Shown: in pieces, positions 38,011 to 50,400 of the stretch
Numbering within the stretch: position 1 is the stretch's first letter
Layout of the letters: each line of letters starts with the position of its first letter
Assembly: GCA_051362555.1 (NCBI GenBank)
Contig: CM120644.1
Coordinates: 4,782,954 to 4,846,953 of the forward strand
Reading direction: 5' to 3'
From: Lingula anatina
Lineage: Eukaryota; Animalia; Brachiopoda
DNA length: 64,000 nucleotides
Notes under the pieces: model-generated
The model's input: only the letters and a program-made list of their open reading frames with translations
Databases searched by the model: none
What the model was told of the DNA's origin: nothing
Program-made: the position numbers and the translations under genes

Positions 38011-40471
38011 TCATTTCCTCCCAATTGTAAACTGCATGTAGTGCAGGCAAGTATAGAGGCAGCTGACGTCATAGGCGCAGAGATTTTTGCAGTAGAGCAG
38101 ATACTGGTATTGATAATACGCCGAATGGTCCACCCCTGCTGCACGGGTCGTGCTTATAGGTGACGTCATTGTCGTCGTCATAGAAACAGCTAAAAGAAAC
38201 GACGTCACATCATTTATACAAGTAAACATGTAGGTCTATAATTGTTTCCGTAGTTAAGCCATACGGAAAGCGCCTACCGGTAAACCAGTATCATTATAGA
38301 TACTCGGACCTGTCGAAAGCAAGAGTTTTCTGTACACGGGGAGTTGATAGCGACCGAATACAATAACCTTTCAGAATAATTAAAAAATTAAAACATTATT
38401 CATTTTCTTTCGAAAGCAATGTATTTCTTAATGCAGATCCCTCGAGGTGGTATGTGATTTCAGGGATATGCGTATATGATGACAAAGAAAACAGAATAAT
38501 AGGTCAATATGTTTGATGTGTATTGATGTAAAAATGATAAAAAAAACTGCATGATACATAGTACCTTACCTACCTTAACATGATCATGATATACATGTAC
38601 GGCAATTACTCATTAAAATTGCATAAAAAATCAATAAATCTCCACAGAACAGTATTTTGTCAGTAAAATGTTGTGTCAGTAGTTTTAGAAAGTAAGTTGA
38701 CTGTTTGACGGAAAGTAAATCTTTTATGAGTAATCAAAAATGATAAATATTGAAAATATAGTTCATGGAAAAAGTGAGCTGTTTCAAAATTGAGCATTAC
38801 ATCTACTGAGGTACCTTAGTGCTGCTTCACAAAGGACTAGTTAACAAAGTAACTATTACACGCTCGTTTTCTCTTCCACACTATTAAATATAAATCCTGG
38901 GGTTAGTATGAAAATATAAAGACATAGTCATACCTTTGCATGCACTCGCTTTCCTGAAAGTAGTGCAGTTTTGCTTCGGCATCAGTTCCCCGCATCCGGT
39001 CAGCGAGGTGTGGAGCCAGCACGTCTTGGAGTATCGATTCCAATCCGTTGCCAAGCAACTAGGCATGCCGTCACACATGCGCGTGCAGGACACGAAGCTG
39101 TCGAACGTCCCTGAGTATTGTACCCCTCCTTTGATGTGGTAGCCATTGTAACGGTAATAGAGTTGTGGGGGCGGATCACCTGAGATAAGAATGTATGCTG
39201 CAGGTAGAAGGTTATTTGAAAACTGACACTTATAAAGACTATAGGACAGTGGAAATCTTTCTGTGGATTGGAAAAGTTGTAGGCACGTTAAAGGGATATT
39301 TTTGTAAAGATTTATTACTAAAAGATGCATATGAAGTCAATTTTTGCCACAAAAACCAACCAAATGCCAGCATATAGTTTCAAAAAGTATAACTAAGAGA
39401 ATTACTAAAAGGCTTTGTTAAATATTACCCGAAAATGATATTTGGACGGATTTTTCTGCTAGCTTTCTGTGCTGTATATACAAGGGGCAGAAAAGTAGGT
39501 CACATAAGTAGGTTAAATTTCTGACCCAAAATTTAAAGAAAGGAGCGGTCTAAAGCTCTTTTTAAGGCTGATCGAGTGATTTATTCAGTTTATCCCTTGG
39601 CATGTCAACTTTGTTTGAGTCATGTAAGAAACTAGTAGAAGTGGTTTATATGTGTTACTGGGAATCCACGCTCTATCAATGCTCGGTTAATATGTACCTT
39701 TAATTATTTCAGATTAAATAATAAAAGAAATTCGAAACTGATAATAAGATATTCAAAAAAGTTGTTTATAGATATTATTCGATATGCATCTCCAAACAAC
39801 AATTATAATTTATTCACTTTCTTTTTTTAGGGGGGAGAGTGGTTCCAGCAAGATTAATAGAAGACAGGTTAAAATAAATCAACATACCAACACAGGCCGT
39901 ACTCTTCCTCAGGCTGATACAAGATGGCTTCATGATCAACATCCCGCAAGCGGTCTCGGCGTCATGGAGCCAACACGACAGCGTGGTGTCGTCCCAGTCT
40001 GTTGCTAGGCAACTAGGCATGTTGTGGCACATGCGCAGACAGTCGGTATAGTTGTGGAAGGTGCCTGGGTAGCGCTTACCCCCATAAGTGTGGGCACCGT
40101 CATAGCGGTAGTAAAACGCTGAGTTGGAGAGAAAAAAACTGTGAAAATTAAAATCAAATTGCAAAATAGAAGTGACCTAGTTATAAGTAGAATGCGCGCA
40201 AAATGATGTGCTCAAGAAATATAAACTATACGATGCAAAATACAGTTGTAGGTTGATTTGTAGTGTTGATTTTCGATATTTGCAATGTTTTTGGATTGAA
40301 CCCGTATCTGACGTTTTGCAATATACATTGTGCAATAGCTTTGTTATTCAACGTAATAAAAATAAATAATGTAATAGCAGCATCAGTCTAGATATAATAC
40401 AAGGTCTACTTACCCTCTGCCCACACCATACCCGATATCAAAATAGAGCAAACTAAAAATATCCCATTCAT
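38011..40471 (-). CDS. PAN cluster gene C: secreted protein, signal peptide + 2 PAN-like domains + Thr/Ser linker + Tyr-rich CxxxC-x5-CxxxC tail ending GRK (237 aa); exons 40414-40471, 39888-40118, 38934-39179, 38011-38189
   Basis: Phase-1 GT-AG introns. Exon 1 is MNGIFLVCSILISGMVWAE (signal-like). Two 7-Cys domains (C..MC..MPSCLATDW.....CWLH...T.CG.L..K..C...RK..AC) align with gene A exon 2 and gene B exon 7. Last exon reads AVSMTTTMTSPISTTRAAGVDHSAYYQYQYLLYCKNLCAYDVSCLYTCLHYMQFTIGRK*. Confidence 0.85.
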
Positions 40472-40522
40472 CCTTTCACTAAAGTCTTCAAACGCAATAA
40501 TTACCTAAAGACTGTGTTTACG

Positions 40523-40530
40523 TATTTATA
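40523..40530 (-). promoter_or_regulatory. TATA box of gene C
   Basis: TATAAATA on the minus strand about 55 nt upstream of the ATG at 40471, consistent with a short 5' UTR. Confidence 0.55.
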
Positions 40531-41646
40531 CTAACGATGAAATGAATGTTGGGGTTGTTTTGGGTGAATATTCTGGAAAATCGTCAAGTTTTGCTGGCAA
40601 GTGTAGCGAGCTAACGGGCAAGATGGCAAAACATCACAGAAAGCGGCCAAACCTTTAGAAATGACTTTATAATCAGCTGTAGCATTTTTTTTCTGGGGTC
40701 TACCGAAAGTTAACATTTATTTGAAAAATAACTGTAAAAAATTATAATGTAAATTTGTGTCACAGGGTGGAAGAGAAACACCCTTGAAAATGATTATTCG
40801 GTTTTATCCAAACGCACATGTTTCTAAACGGCCTTTTGATAAAACAGTTCCCCTGCTTGTGCCTGATTATCTGACTGCGGTTAATAAGCAATCATGTTGG
40901 TAAAAGATTACCGGACGGGAGTTTGTTTAACAGGAATGGTTGTTCTAGGAATGGAAGGTTCTAGGGTTAGTTTAAGTATTGGGGGTCAGTACGTAATGGG
41001 GAAGTAATGGGGACAGGACTGTGGTTTCTAGCGGACAACCATTCCTATCACACCGGTATGGGTCTTGTGAACGCTCTTCTGGCGGATAATCGAGAGCAGC
41101 ATGTGAACAACATTTCTGCGCCTTCATTTGTAATTTGTATACCCCCTTTTCTGAAATTGCAATACTTTGTTTGTTTTCGCTATACATTTTCTGCCCTTAA
41201 CTCGTTTTACTTTATTTTAAATTTTTTTATCTATTTTACATTTTTTTTTGGGGGGGGGGGGGGTGGCGGGGGGGGGGGGGGTTCAAGAATGAGGACGCAA
41301 CCTTCGTCAGAGCGTTGGTGCCAATCACCTTGTTGCAAGCGTATGACACAACGTTAAATATATTCATCTGTGTGACGGTAAAGACTTCGGTCACGGAGCC
41401 CATCCTAAATAAATAGGCCTATTGCCATTTACCACGTGATCGGTTCCAACCCCCCCCCCTCCCCCCCTCCAAGGCCTACGGTGTTTCAAAAATCGATTCC
41501 TGTCTATTTATTCATCTATTCATCAATTCGGTTGTTCGTGTATTTATATTTATATTAATCATAATCTATTTATGTCTTTTGTGTGCATGGGGGATTTTTA
41601 CTATTTGTGAAACGTCTTAGTAGAGATTGTAGACCCCCGCCCCCCA

Positions 41647-41679
<33 letters not shown>

Positions 41680-44245
41680 ACCGCCATCACAGTTGGTGCC
41701 CCTATACATTTTCTTCAGGCCTAGAAATATTACAATTTCAGTTTTGCCCAAGACAAGTCGATGAAAAATGTCTCTTCCCGTCCATATTGCTACCTCATAG
41801 GTACAATAAATTCATATTTAATACAATCACTTCTCCTTTTACTGCATTTAATTTATTTCATAACGATATCTGACAAATTTTGCCCACGTATCTTGGGCAA
41901 ATGCATTGGCCAAGCTTCAACAAGGGATTAATTTGTAGTCTCCAGTGCTTCTGTGCAATAGCCAGATAGACGAACTGCAGGTGAAATACCCAGCATAAAT
42001 ATTCAATTAATATCTGTTTGTCAATCTTAAGGCAAAATCTTGACCAATATCACGTTAACCTTTAACATGGGTATTTCTCAATCACCTTGTAAACAAAGCG
42101 CAAGAGGCAAAAACACTTTTAAGATACAAATATTGCTTTGGGCTTAGAATATATTTCCATACACAAACTGCGAGCACCAAGCACTTAAAGCGACGCAAGC
42201 GAACTTCTGCTCCGCGGACGAACAAGGTTGGGCGATTCTTTCTTAGCTCTCCGAATTTGTACTAATTATTTGATTATTAAAGTAATTCCCATTGAGAAGT
42301 AGATTAAAACGATTCATGTTATATGTGTCGGTAGTAAATGTACACTGATGCGCAGTGTCATTACTATCCACCACAGTGGCCCCGACTCTCACGCAGTAGG
42401 CCCTACCCTCGCCAGGTGAATGTAAATGAGAGGCTCGAGTTAATAATGCAATCAGTTCTGGGTCTATTATACATGTACCTGCCGCCACTCTCTGATAAGA
42501 AGCTGTATAAATGTATTAAAATTCAATTATGTATACATTTTATTTAACGAGGTGGCCCATGTTCTACACAGTAAAAGGGGTGTAGGAATATTACTTTTGT
42601 GTATGACCGTGGTCTACTATATCCTGGTGATAAAAAAGAGGGTGCTGAAGCTTTTATAACTTTTCTACTGATTTATCTTACTTTCCAACACGAGTTCTGT
42701 CAGGTAGCAAAAAATGAAAAAAGTCATAAATTTTTTAATTTTTATTTATTCATTTTAATCTTTTCATTTAACTATTCTTTTATCTGTTTCTATTTATAAC
42801 TAGGATATATCTCTTCAGTACACTAGAATTCTGTATGACAGAAAATTAAGAATCTGATATTACTTCCTTTTTTTGTTTAATTGTTTATTTCAGTTCTTAT
42901 ATCTAAAAGGAAGACAATTCCCAATATACTTATATTCATATATATTGTCTGAATAAATTCTAATCTTACCTTTTCAAATGCAAACCTGTTTTTTTCTACC
43001 AAAGATGAAAAAAATAAAAATCAAGATACAGAGGGCTAGTTAACTTTTGTTTCAACAAAGCACTGGAATTACAGTACTACGTCACAAAAAATCGCCAAAT
43101 TTGATAATAAACTCTGTCTTAAGGTAGATCAGTAGCTCTTTCTTTCAATTTCTTATAAGAAAAAGAAAATAGAAAACAGACTAAATGCCTCCACTATTTC
43201 ATTGACAAACTAGACACAGGTAATCTACAAAATGACAAGGTTAATGGAAAATGAGGAAGCACCATTTGAACCATTGTGGTTCACTTACTAAATATCCTTT
43301 ACCTTCTAGGCTCATTATTAAAGGATATAAAATCACAAAAATGCATTAAAACAATGCATTCCCCATCAATTTCTAATGTGAAAGGCACATGAAACTAAAA
43401 TCAGCCTCCCTGACTGCTTCCTCCAGATCTCTTCATGTACTAGTAACATATTAACACATTCAGAGTGAGAGATCACACTACACATCATGTATTTCATCTA
43501 CCTCAAATCATCCTGATTGCAATAATGCAATAAGATATCTTAATATCAATGGTATCAAATATATTCTGGATGTCTTAAGACCATATTACATATTTGTAAC
43601 GTACATGACATGTGACCACTAGTGTAATACATTCTTTATATTACAATATATAAGGTTTTATAACTAAAGACTTTTAATAAAAATCTCCACAGTTCCTACT
43701 CTGGGAGTTGCAGTGGTGATATTAAGTGGTATTTTTACACACACACACATACATACCCCCACACACACACACACACAAACACAAACATAAAGGCACTATC
43801 CCTCTCTTTCTTGCAGACACGTGCACATACGGACACAAGCACATATGAACTTAGACATACAGACAGAAACACAGAAACACAAAGCACACTAACGCACTCC
43901 TACAAACATGCACGTATGTGCGCAAACTTACACACACACACACACACACACACATCTATCTATTCCATCTGTACCCTATTATATACACACCAAGGTTTGC
44001 AGACAATGACACATTTACTATACAACATCATTGTGGCATGCTGTACTCTGCATAACATTAGTGCCCTGTGGTAAAACCTCTGACATCATCACAATAATAT
44101 GGCAACAAGAATCATTATGCAGATTTCATCCTAAGAATAATTCATCAATGTCACAAAGTCCCTGGCACAGACAAAATAAACAAGCAAAACATTAATCATT
44201 GATGGTGTTGTCTATTTACACTGTCTGGTCTATGGTGGAAAATGG

Positions 44246-44419
44246 CAGGGGCGGATCCAGAGCTATTTTATGACAGTCTTCCCAATTACCAGTATCTTTG
44301 TTGATCCATCCTCTATTTTTGAACGTTTTCCAAAAGAAAAAATTTGATACCCGTTAATGTAAACTTGAAAATCTGCCCTTCTTCCGGAACACCCAGAAGA
44401 CTGCCTCAATCCGCCCCTG
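44246..44419. mobile_element. hAT-like MITE (CAGGGGCGGAT...ATCCGCCCCTG) just downstream of the GALNT11 stop
   Basis: 11-bp TIR; flanks AATGG/GATGG; homologous to 61162-61328 and the truncated copy at about 5425-5505. Confidence 0.75.
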
Positions 44420-44475
44420 GATGGGAAGATCTGAGAAATGCTGGTTGAGTGTCAGTTTAACACATTAACATGTCA

Positions 44476-47400
44476 CTAAAGTTTGACAATGTCAAAACTG
44501 TCCACCGAGTCCTGACAAAACATCAGTGTCAAATACGTCCCAGTGGCAGACTGGGTCAGGGACAGACATTTTCCCGAGGCAGGGTTATACAACTGCTTTG
44601 TACTCTGAAAAAGATGAGATACAGAGGTGAATTTTTATTCAATTATGTCAAAAAAATTGAAAAAGATAAATAATCAATGATTCAAGTACAAAAATATCAG
44701 AAAGGATAAACTTATAACAAATAAAAAATATGAAATTTAAATGATTGGAGATTGAGCAACACAAACACAAACACATAACCACACACACACACAGACACAC
44801 ACATACCCAACTTCACACACAAACACAAATACACAGTCATTATCCCAAGCACACACTCGCAGACAAACAAACACACATATAAACAAACACAGATATACAC
44901 AGATAAATACACACACAGGTAAACAAACACACACACACATACACACACACATACACGGGGAAAAAAAACCCACACACACAGGTAAACAAACACACACACA
45001 CACACACACACACAATACACACACACACACTCAGGTAAAAAAAACACAGATAAACACACACACACAGGTAAAAAACACACACAGGTAAACACACACACAC
45101 ACAGGTAAAAAACACACAGGTAAACACACACACACACAGGTAAAAAACACACACAGGTAAGAAAACACACACAGGTAAACACACACACACCTTTCCAGCC
45201 CAGAGCCATTGCTGTGTCCCCTGTTCAAAGTGACACTTCATAAGCCTGGGGTAGACCTTCCCCCTTACATCCCCCTCACTGTCCAGACACAGCAATCCTG
45301 ACAGCAGGAACTCTCCTGTCTGAGACTCTGTCCATATCTGAAATAGGGGGTGTGAAATTATGGTCAGATACTATGATTGGGCAGAGCAATGTTGTTATTT
45401 TTCTATACTGTAATACTTCTATACTCTGTCCACATCTAAAATATGGGGGGGGGGGGGAGATATGATGATAAAGTATCACTGAATACTGCAGAATTTTTTT
45501 CTCTTTGCGTTTCTATAGACTAAAATAATTTTAAATATAAATATTCACTAATATTTCAAAGTTAAATTATCATATTTAATATACAATGGTAATACTAGAT
45601 TCATTTATAAAATATAGTATATTTACCCTATTATTTACGAAGCAAAATAAATCATCATTTGAGTTTAACTTAGAAAACAAAAAGGAGATATATGACAAAA
45701 TCACAGTGTTATTTGTTAGAATGACAGCCACAGCCCTTTTCGCACCATGTGTTACACTGATCTGAATCAAAACTCATGCACTGATAATTACACAACAGGT
45801 TTTTTTTAGCTCTCTTTCACAACTTCTTTCACATCCAACTGTTTGTACCAATCAAAAGCTACCCAGTTAACTGGCCATGTCAAGCACCATCCAGGCTATT
45901 AGTTCTCTTGCACAGTGTTTCAATACAGATATGCATAAGGTGCAGGACGAAAAGTTCCACTGTCATCTGTCTAAGCACCAGCAAGTATTAGATCACATCA
46001 CCTGTGTTGCCTCCCCTGGCTTGCAAGGTACCAATATCAGCATGGATCTCTTGGTGTGGACACCTTGTTCCGAGGCCACGCAGGTGTTCGAATTCAGGTG
46101 TTTCAACTAAAATTTTAAAGTGGTATAAATATACTGTCAAAACTAATTACTTATTAATGTTTAAATACTATAGCTAGCTTAGTTTCAGGGAAATCTTTTG
46201 CATAATATAACATGTACAAACTATATTATATTACAATGCAAAAGGTCATAACAATGTATTGACCACTGAAATGAAGAGAAATCAATTTAATGCAATATTT
46301 ATTTTTATTAGGCAGTGAGATAAAAATGTTATACTATACTGGTTTCATTCTATTCAATAATATCACACCCAGGTCTATGTATTCAGTCACTGGGACCATT
46401 CCCAGGGCCTATCATACTCACTGTGGATCGATCTATCTCAAAGAGGAATCTCGCTACATTGCTTTCAACTTAAGCGGCGTAAATGTCTGTCACACCTGAT
46501 CAAGCTGCTAGGGGGTATCATTTAGCAGCTTCAGTAGGCATGCCAGACATCTAAGCCACTTAAGCTGAAAGGAATTTATTGAGAAACACCTTGGAGATGG
46601 TTCGATCCTGTTAGATCAATCTAGGTATGGGAACCCAGTCATTCACTCAGCCTGGTAGATTCTAAAAGAATACAATGTTATCAAATTGTGCTCCATCAAA
46701 TATTGCTATCAAACATGAATTGTCATACCATGCCCTTTCTGATGATCTCTCGTTTTGGCCATTTTCTGGCCACCTGTCGGTCCACCTCCGGTGCCACGCC
46801 CTTCTCATTCGGAAACGTCTGCTCTGGGTAAATATTTTCAAGGTACCACTTGAATGATTTACACCCGAGTCTTTTTCGTAAAGATAATCTCTCGCTGATG
46901 TCGCCATAGCTACGTGACTTGGCGTCCGGCCTGACCCTGAAGTAATAGTTCTGTAAAGAGAGTGAAAATTCGAATGATTAAAAGTAAAATATGAAGTTTC
47001 AAATTAAGCATCTATTCTTAACTTGTAGCATACATAAATAAATATACAATTACTGAAATTTTAAGACAACAAAATGGCAAAAAGTGTTTATTAACATGGT
47101 AGTTGGATCATATATGATAATTATCAAACACAACCTGAAATACCTTCATACCGTAAGCTTATGGCCAACTTGGACAAAGGCCTTCATCAGATTGATGTGA
47201 GCAGATGTAAAGGCCACTCAATAAATTTGAAGTAAAACAAAAATATAGTGTGGTAGTTATAGGGTGAACAAAAGACACATTGACAAGAACATATATGGTG
47301 TGTGTAGATAAAAATGTATGTAAAAATGCGTGTGTATGCCCACAAAGGTGTGTGTGTATTAAAATAAAAGACTTCCTCACTATGTAGTCGTCCATCCACA

Positions 47401-50400
47401 CATGAGCAGACCTGAGGGAGTTTTTAAGAGTGGTGTCTGCGCCCGTTGGTGAGCCGTACGGTCGCCTCTTCCTGAAGATGTGGCCTACTCTAGAACATGG
47501 CATCAGCTCCAGAGTTCCCCCACACTGCCAGATCTGAGGAACAGAGCACAGAGAACACACTTGAAGGAATATACGTATATTGCTTGAATTACAATGCCTG
47601 TCAACAGCTGAATGCATTGTCTATGATGTCATCACAACTTCCTTGTGTGAACTGCAGCTGATCAAAGATGAAATAACTGACTTGAACAAATTTAAAATAA
47701 TTCTTAATTTTAGAATAAAATATCATAATCAATTGTGTCTTTCACCAGATACATGCACATTTCCTTACCCACACCTCAGTTGCTTACCCTAACCAATCCA
47801 CTGGCAGTAGACCATTGCCCTACCCCATAACCTTACCCTGATGCCATTCCTTACCCTAAAGGATATCTCCAAATTCTCTCCTCCCCATATGTCCATCCCT
47901 GGATCATACTTTCCAAGATAATTAAAATAATCCCTGTCGATAGCAAACAAGCCTCCGGCCATAGTGGGGGATCTGAAAATTAAACAAATTTTCTTGATTA
48001 TGAATGAATTTTTGGAAACAATTACACATTTTTTGGATGCTTTTCTCTGAAAAATAAACATGGTTTTTAAATTTTTTTTCACTGAACAAAGAAAAGTTTT
48101 GATAATCAATAATATATTATTTCAATACTTGGAATAACTTAAAACCTTGCATTTTTTTTGCAAAAAATATATTGACTTGTAAAGAAAAACTTTTCAATTA
48201 AAAACTCATCTAAAAGGATCCACATGCAAGATATTGACGTTTTTCAAAGCTTTTGTTTCAAATAATTAAATAATTTTATTTAGACTAGATTTCTCTCAAT
48301 GTTAGCCACTTTATATTTTGTAAAGTAGGCACACCTCAGTGGCTTCACATAATCTTCCTTTTTCTGTAAAAGCTTAGTGGGGATTTGATCCCAGCGGAAG
48401 TACAGTCCCCAGTTGAACCCCCCTCGGACCAGAGGAGAATCCTTGTACACAAATGTGTCCGCGTCAATGATGTCTATGATGGGCATGACCACGTGCTTGC
48501 GGTCATCAGCTATCCTGGTCAATAACGGCTCCAGCCACATAGCGTTCACCTCACAGTGGCTGTCCAAGAATACCACCACCTGAAGATGGGGGGAAACATT
48601 GGAAAATTAGTATTTTTTTCATTTGTCTTATTTCATCATCATCATCATTCATAGCCTAACATGTTCCACTGCTGGACAAAGGCCCCAGTATGCTTCTTCA
48701 AGTGTATTCTGTCTTAGACTTCAATTTGGTTTCTTTCAGTGCTCATCTAACTCATCCTTCCATCTGCTATAAGGCATATAATTTATTTACTACATGATAA
48801 AATTGATTACCACCTTTTCATTCACAATTTTCAACAATGCATAACCCTTTTAAGAATATTTTTAAATAGCGCAAGGGTTTTCACATAATTGCATTTGAAA
48901 TTTGACAATGAAAACTTAAATTTGATATAAATTATAAAATATGAACCAGTCTTTTTTAAAAATCAATATATGATGTTATACATAGAATTTTTCTTTAAAA
49001 AAAAAAGGTCACCTGTCCTTTGGCTTTATCAGACCCAAGACTCCGCGCTCTCATCAGACCTTCCCGCTTCTGGTTGTGGATGACCTTCACCTTTGGTAAG
49101 TTTTCTTCCACATAGCTGTCAAGTTGTCTTTTTAAATGATCTAAGAGAAACAAACACCAATCTGTCAACATGATGAGGAAAATAATCAGGCAACTGACTT
49201 CTTGAACAAATTGTAGTGCAATCTAGTTTTAAGGAATGATAGCAATAATTAATTTTTTTTGAGAGGAAGACCCCATTCCCATAGATATTAAGATTGATCT
49301 ATCCCCCGGGGGAGTCTCACTAGATTGGTGTCAGCTAAACCGGCTTAAATGCCTACTAAAACTGTAAGGCGCTCGGCTGACAGAAATTCAGCGTGAACCC
49401 CCAGGGAGTTAGGTCGATCCAGATGGATCAATCCAAATCTCTGGGAATGCAGTCTAAAATGTTTCAGACATACTTTTTTTGAACTATTGTATCTTAGTCT
49501 ATTTTATTTATTCTATTATCTACTGTAGAGTAGCAAATTAAGTGAGTAGTAATTAAAACTAAATTAAAACAATTAAAACAAATTACTGTCAGATCAGCAG
49601 ATGACATCTAAATTATAACAAACCAAATCAAACTATTATATATATATCGATATACAAAACAAAAGGCTTGAACATAAATGTTAAATCAAGAATATTTTTT
49701 AAAAAACTATAATTAAAGTGTTCTTATTAACCTAAATCACTAAAGTCATCGACTAATATAATCTCTTCTAGTAAGTGTGGAGGTGTTCTGTCTAAAATGC
49801 TGTAAACAGTTCTCATTAATGCTGTCCATGCCTCGTTGTAGAAACAAATCACGATGCTGGCTTTAGGAAGACTGGACGGGTACGACCTGCGTGAGCAACT
49901 GAAGATAAAAATAGTAAAAGGAAATGATTAACTGCCTGACTGATTCAATGAATAAAGAAACAAAGAATTATATAAATAAACAGAAATAGGTAAAAAAGCA
50001 AATAATAACAGACAAATATGTAGATTCATCCGAAACAATAAAGTTGATGCCATAATCATCAGTTTTTTTATTAAATGAAAATTAATAGACAAACATCACA
50101 CTATGTAAAACCCCAAAACAAAAATTCAATTTTACTGCATAATCAGCAACTTCATATCAAACCATTCAATCAAATTACACAATATTAATTTTTACAATTT
50201 GAAAATAATTTTAATCCAATTTTTTTGTAAAAATACTCACAGTTGATGCCTGGTATCAGGAATTTGTCGGTGGAATCCTATTCTGTCACTGATGAGCTGA
50301 TTGAAGGCATACAACCTGTACCCTGAAGAGAACAAAACTTCCATTAAACAAACTGTAAGAATTAAGTCATTTTTTCTTCCACCAACAGCTAAATATTAAA

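Noticed and set aside
44712-45190. Long Cys/Val-rich ORFs (also near 8100-9080, 9430-9790 and 27010-27370)
   Set aside because: Read-through of (CA)n/(GT)n microsatellites; only the exon portions listed in the gene models are supported.
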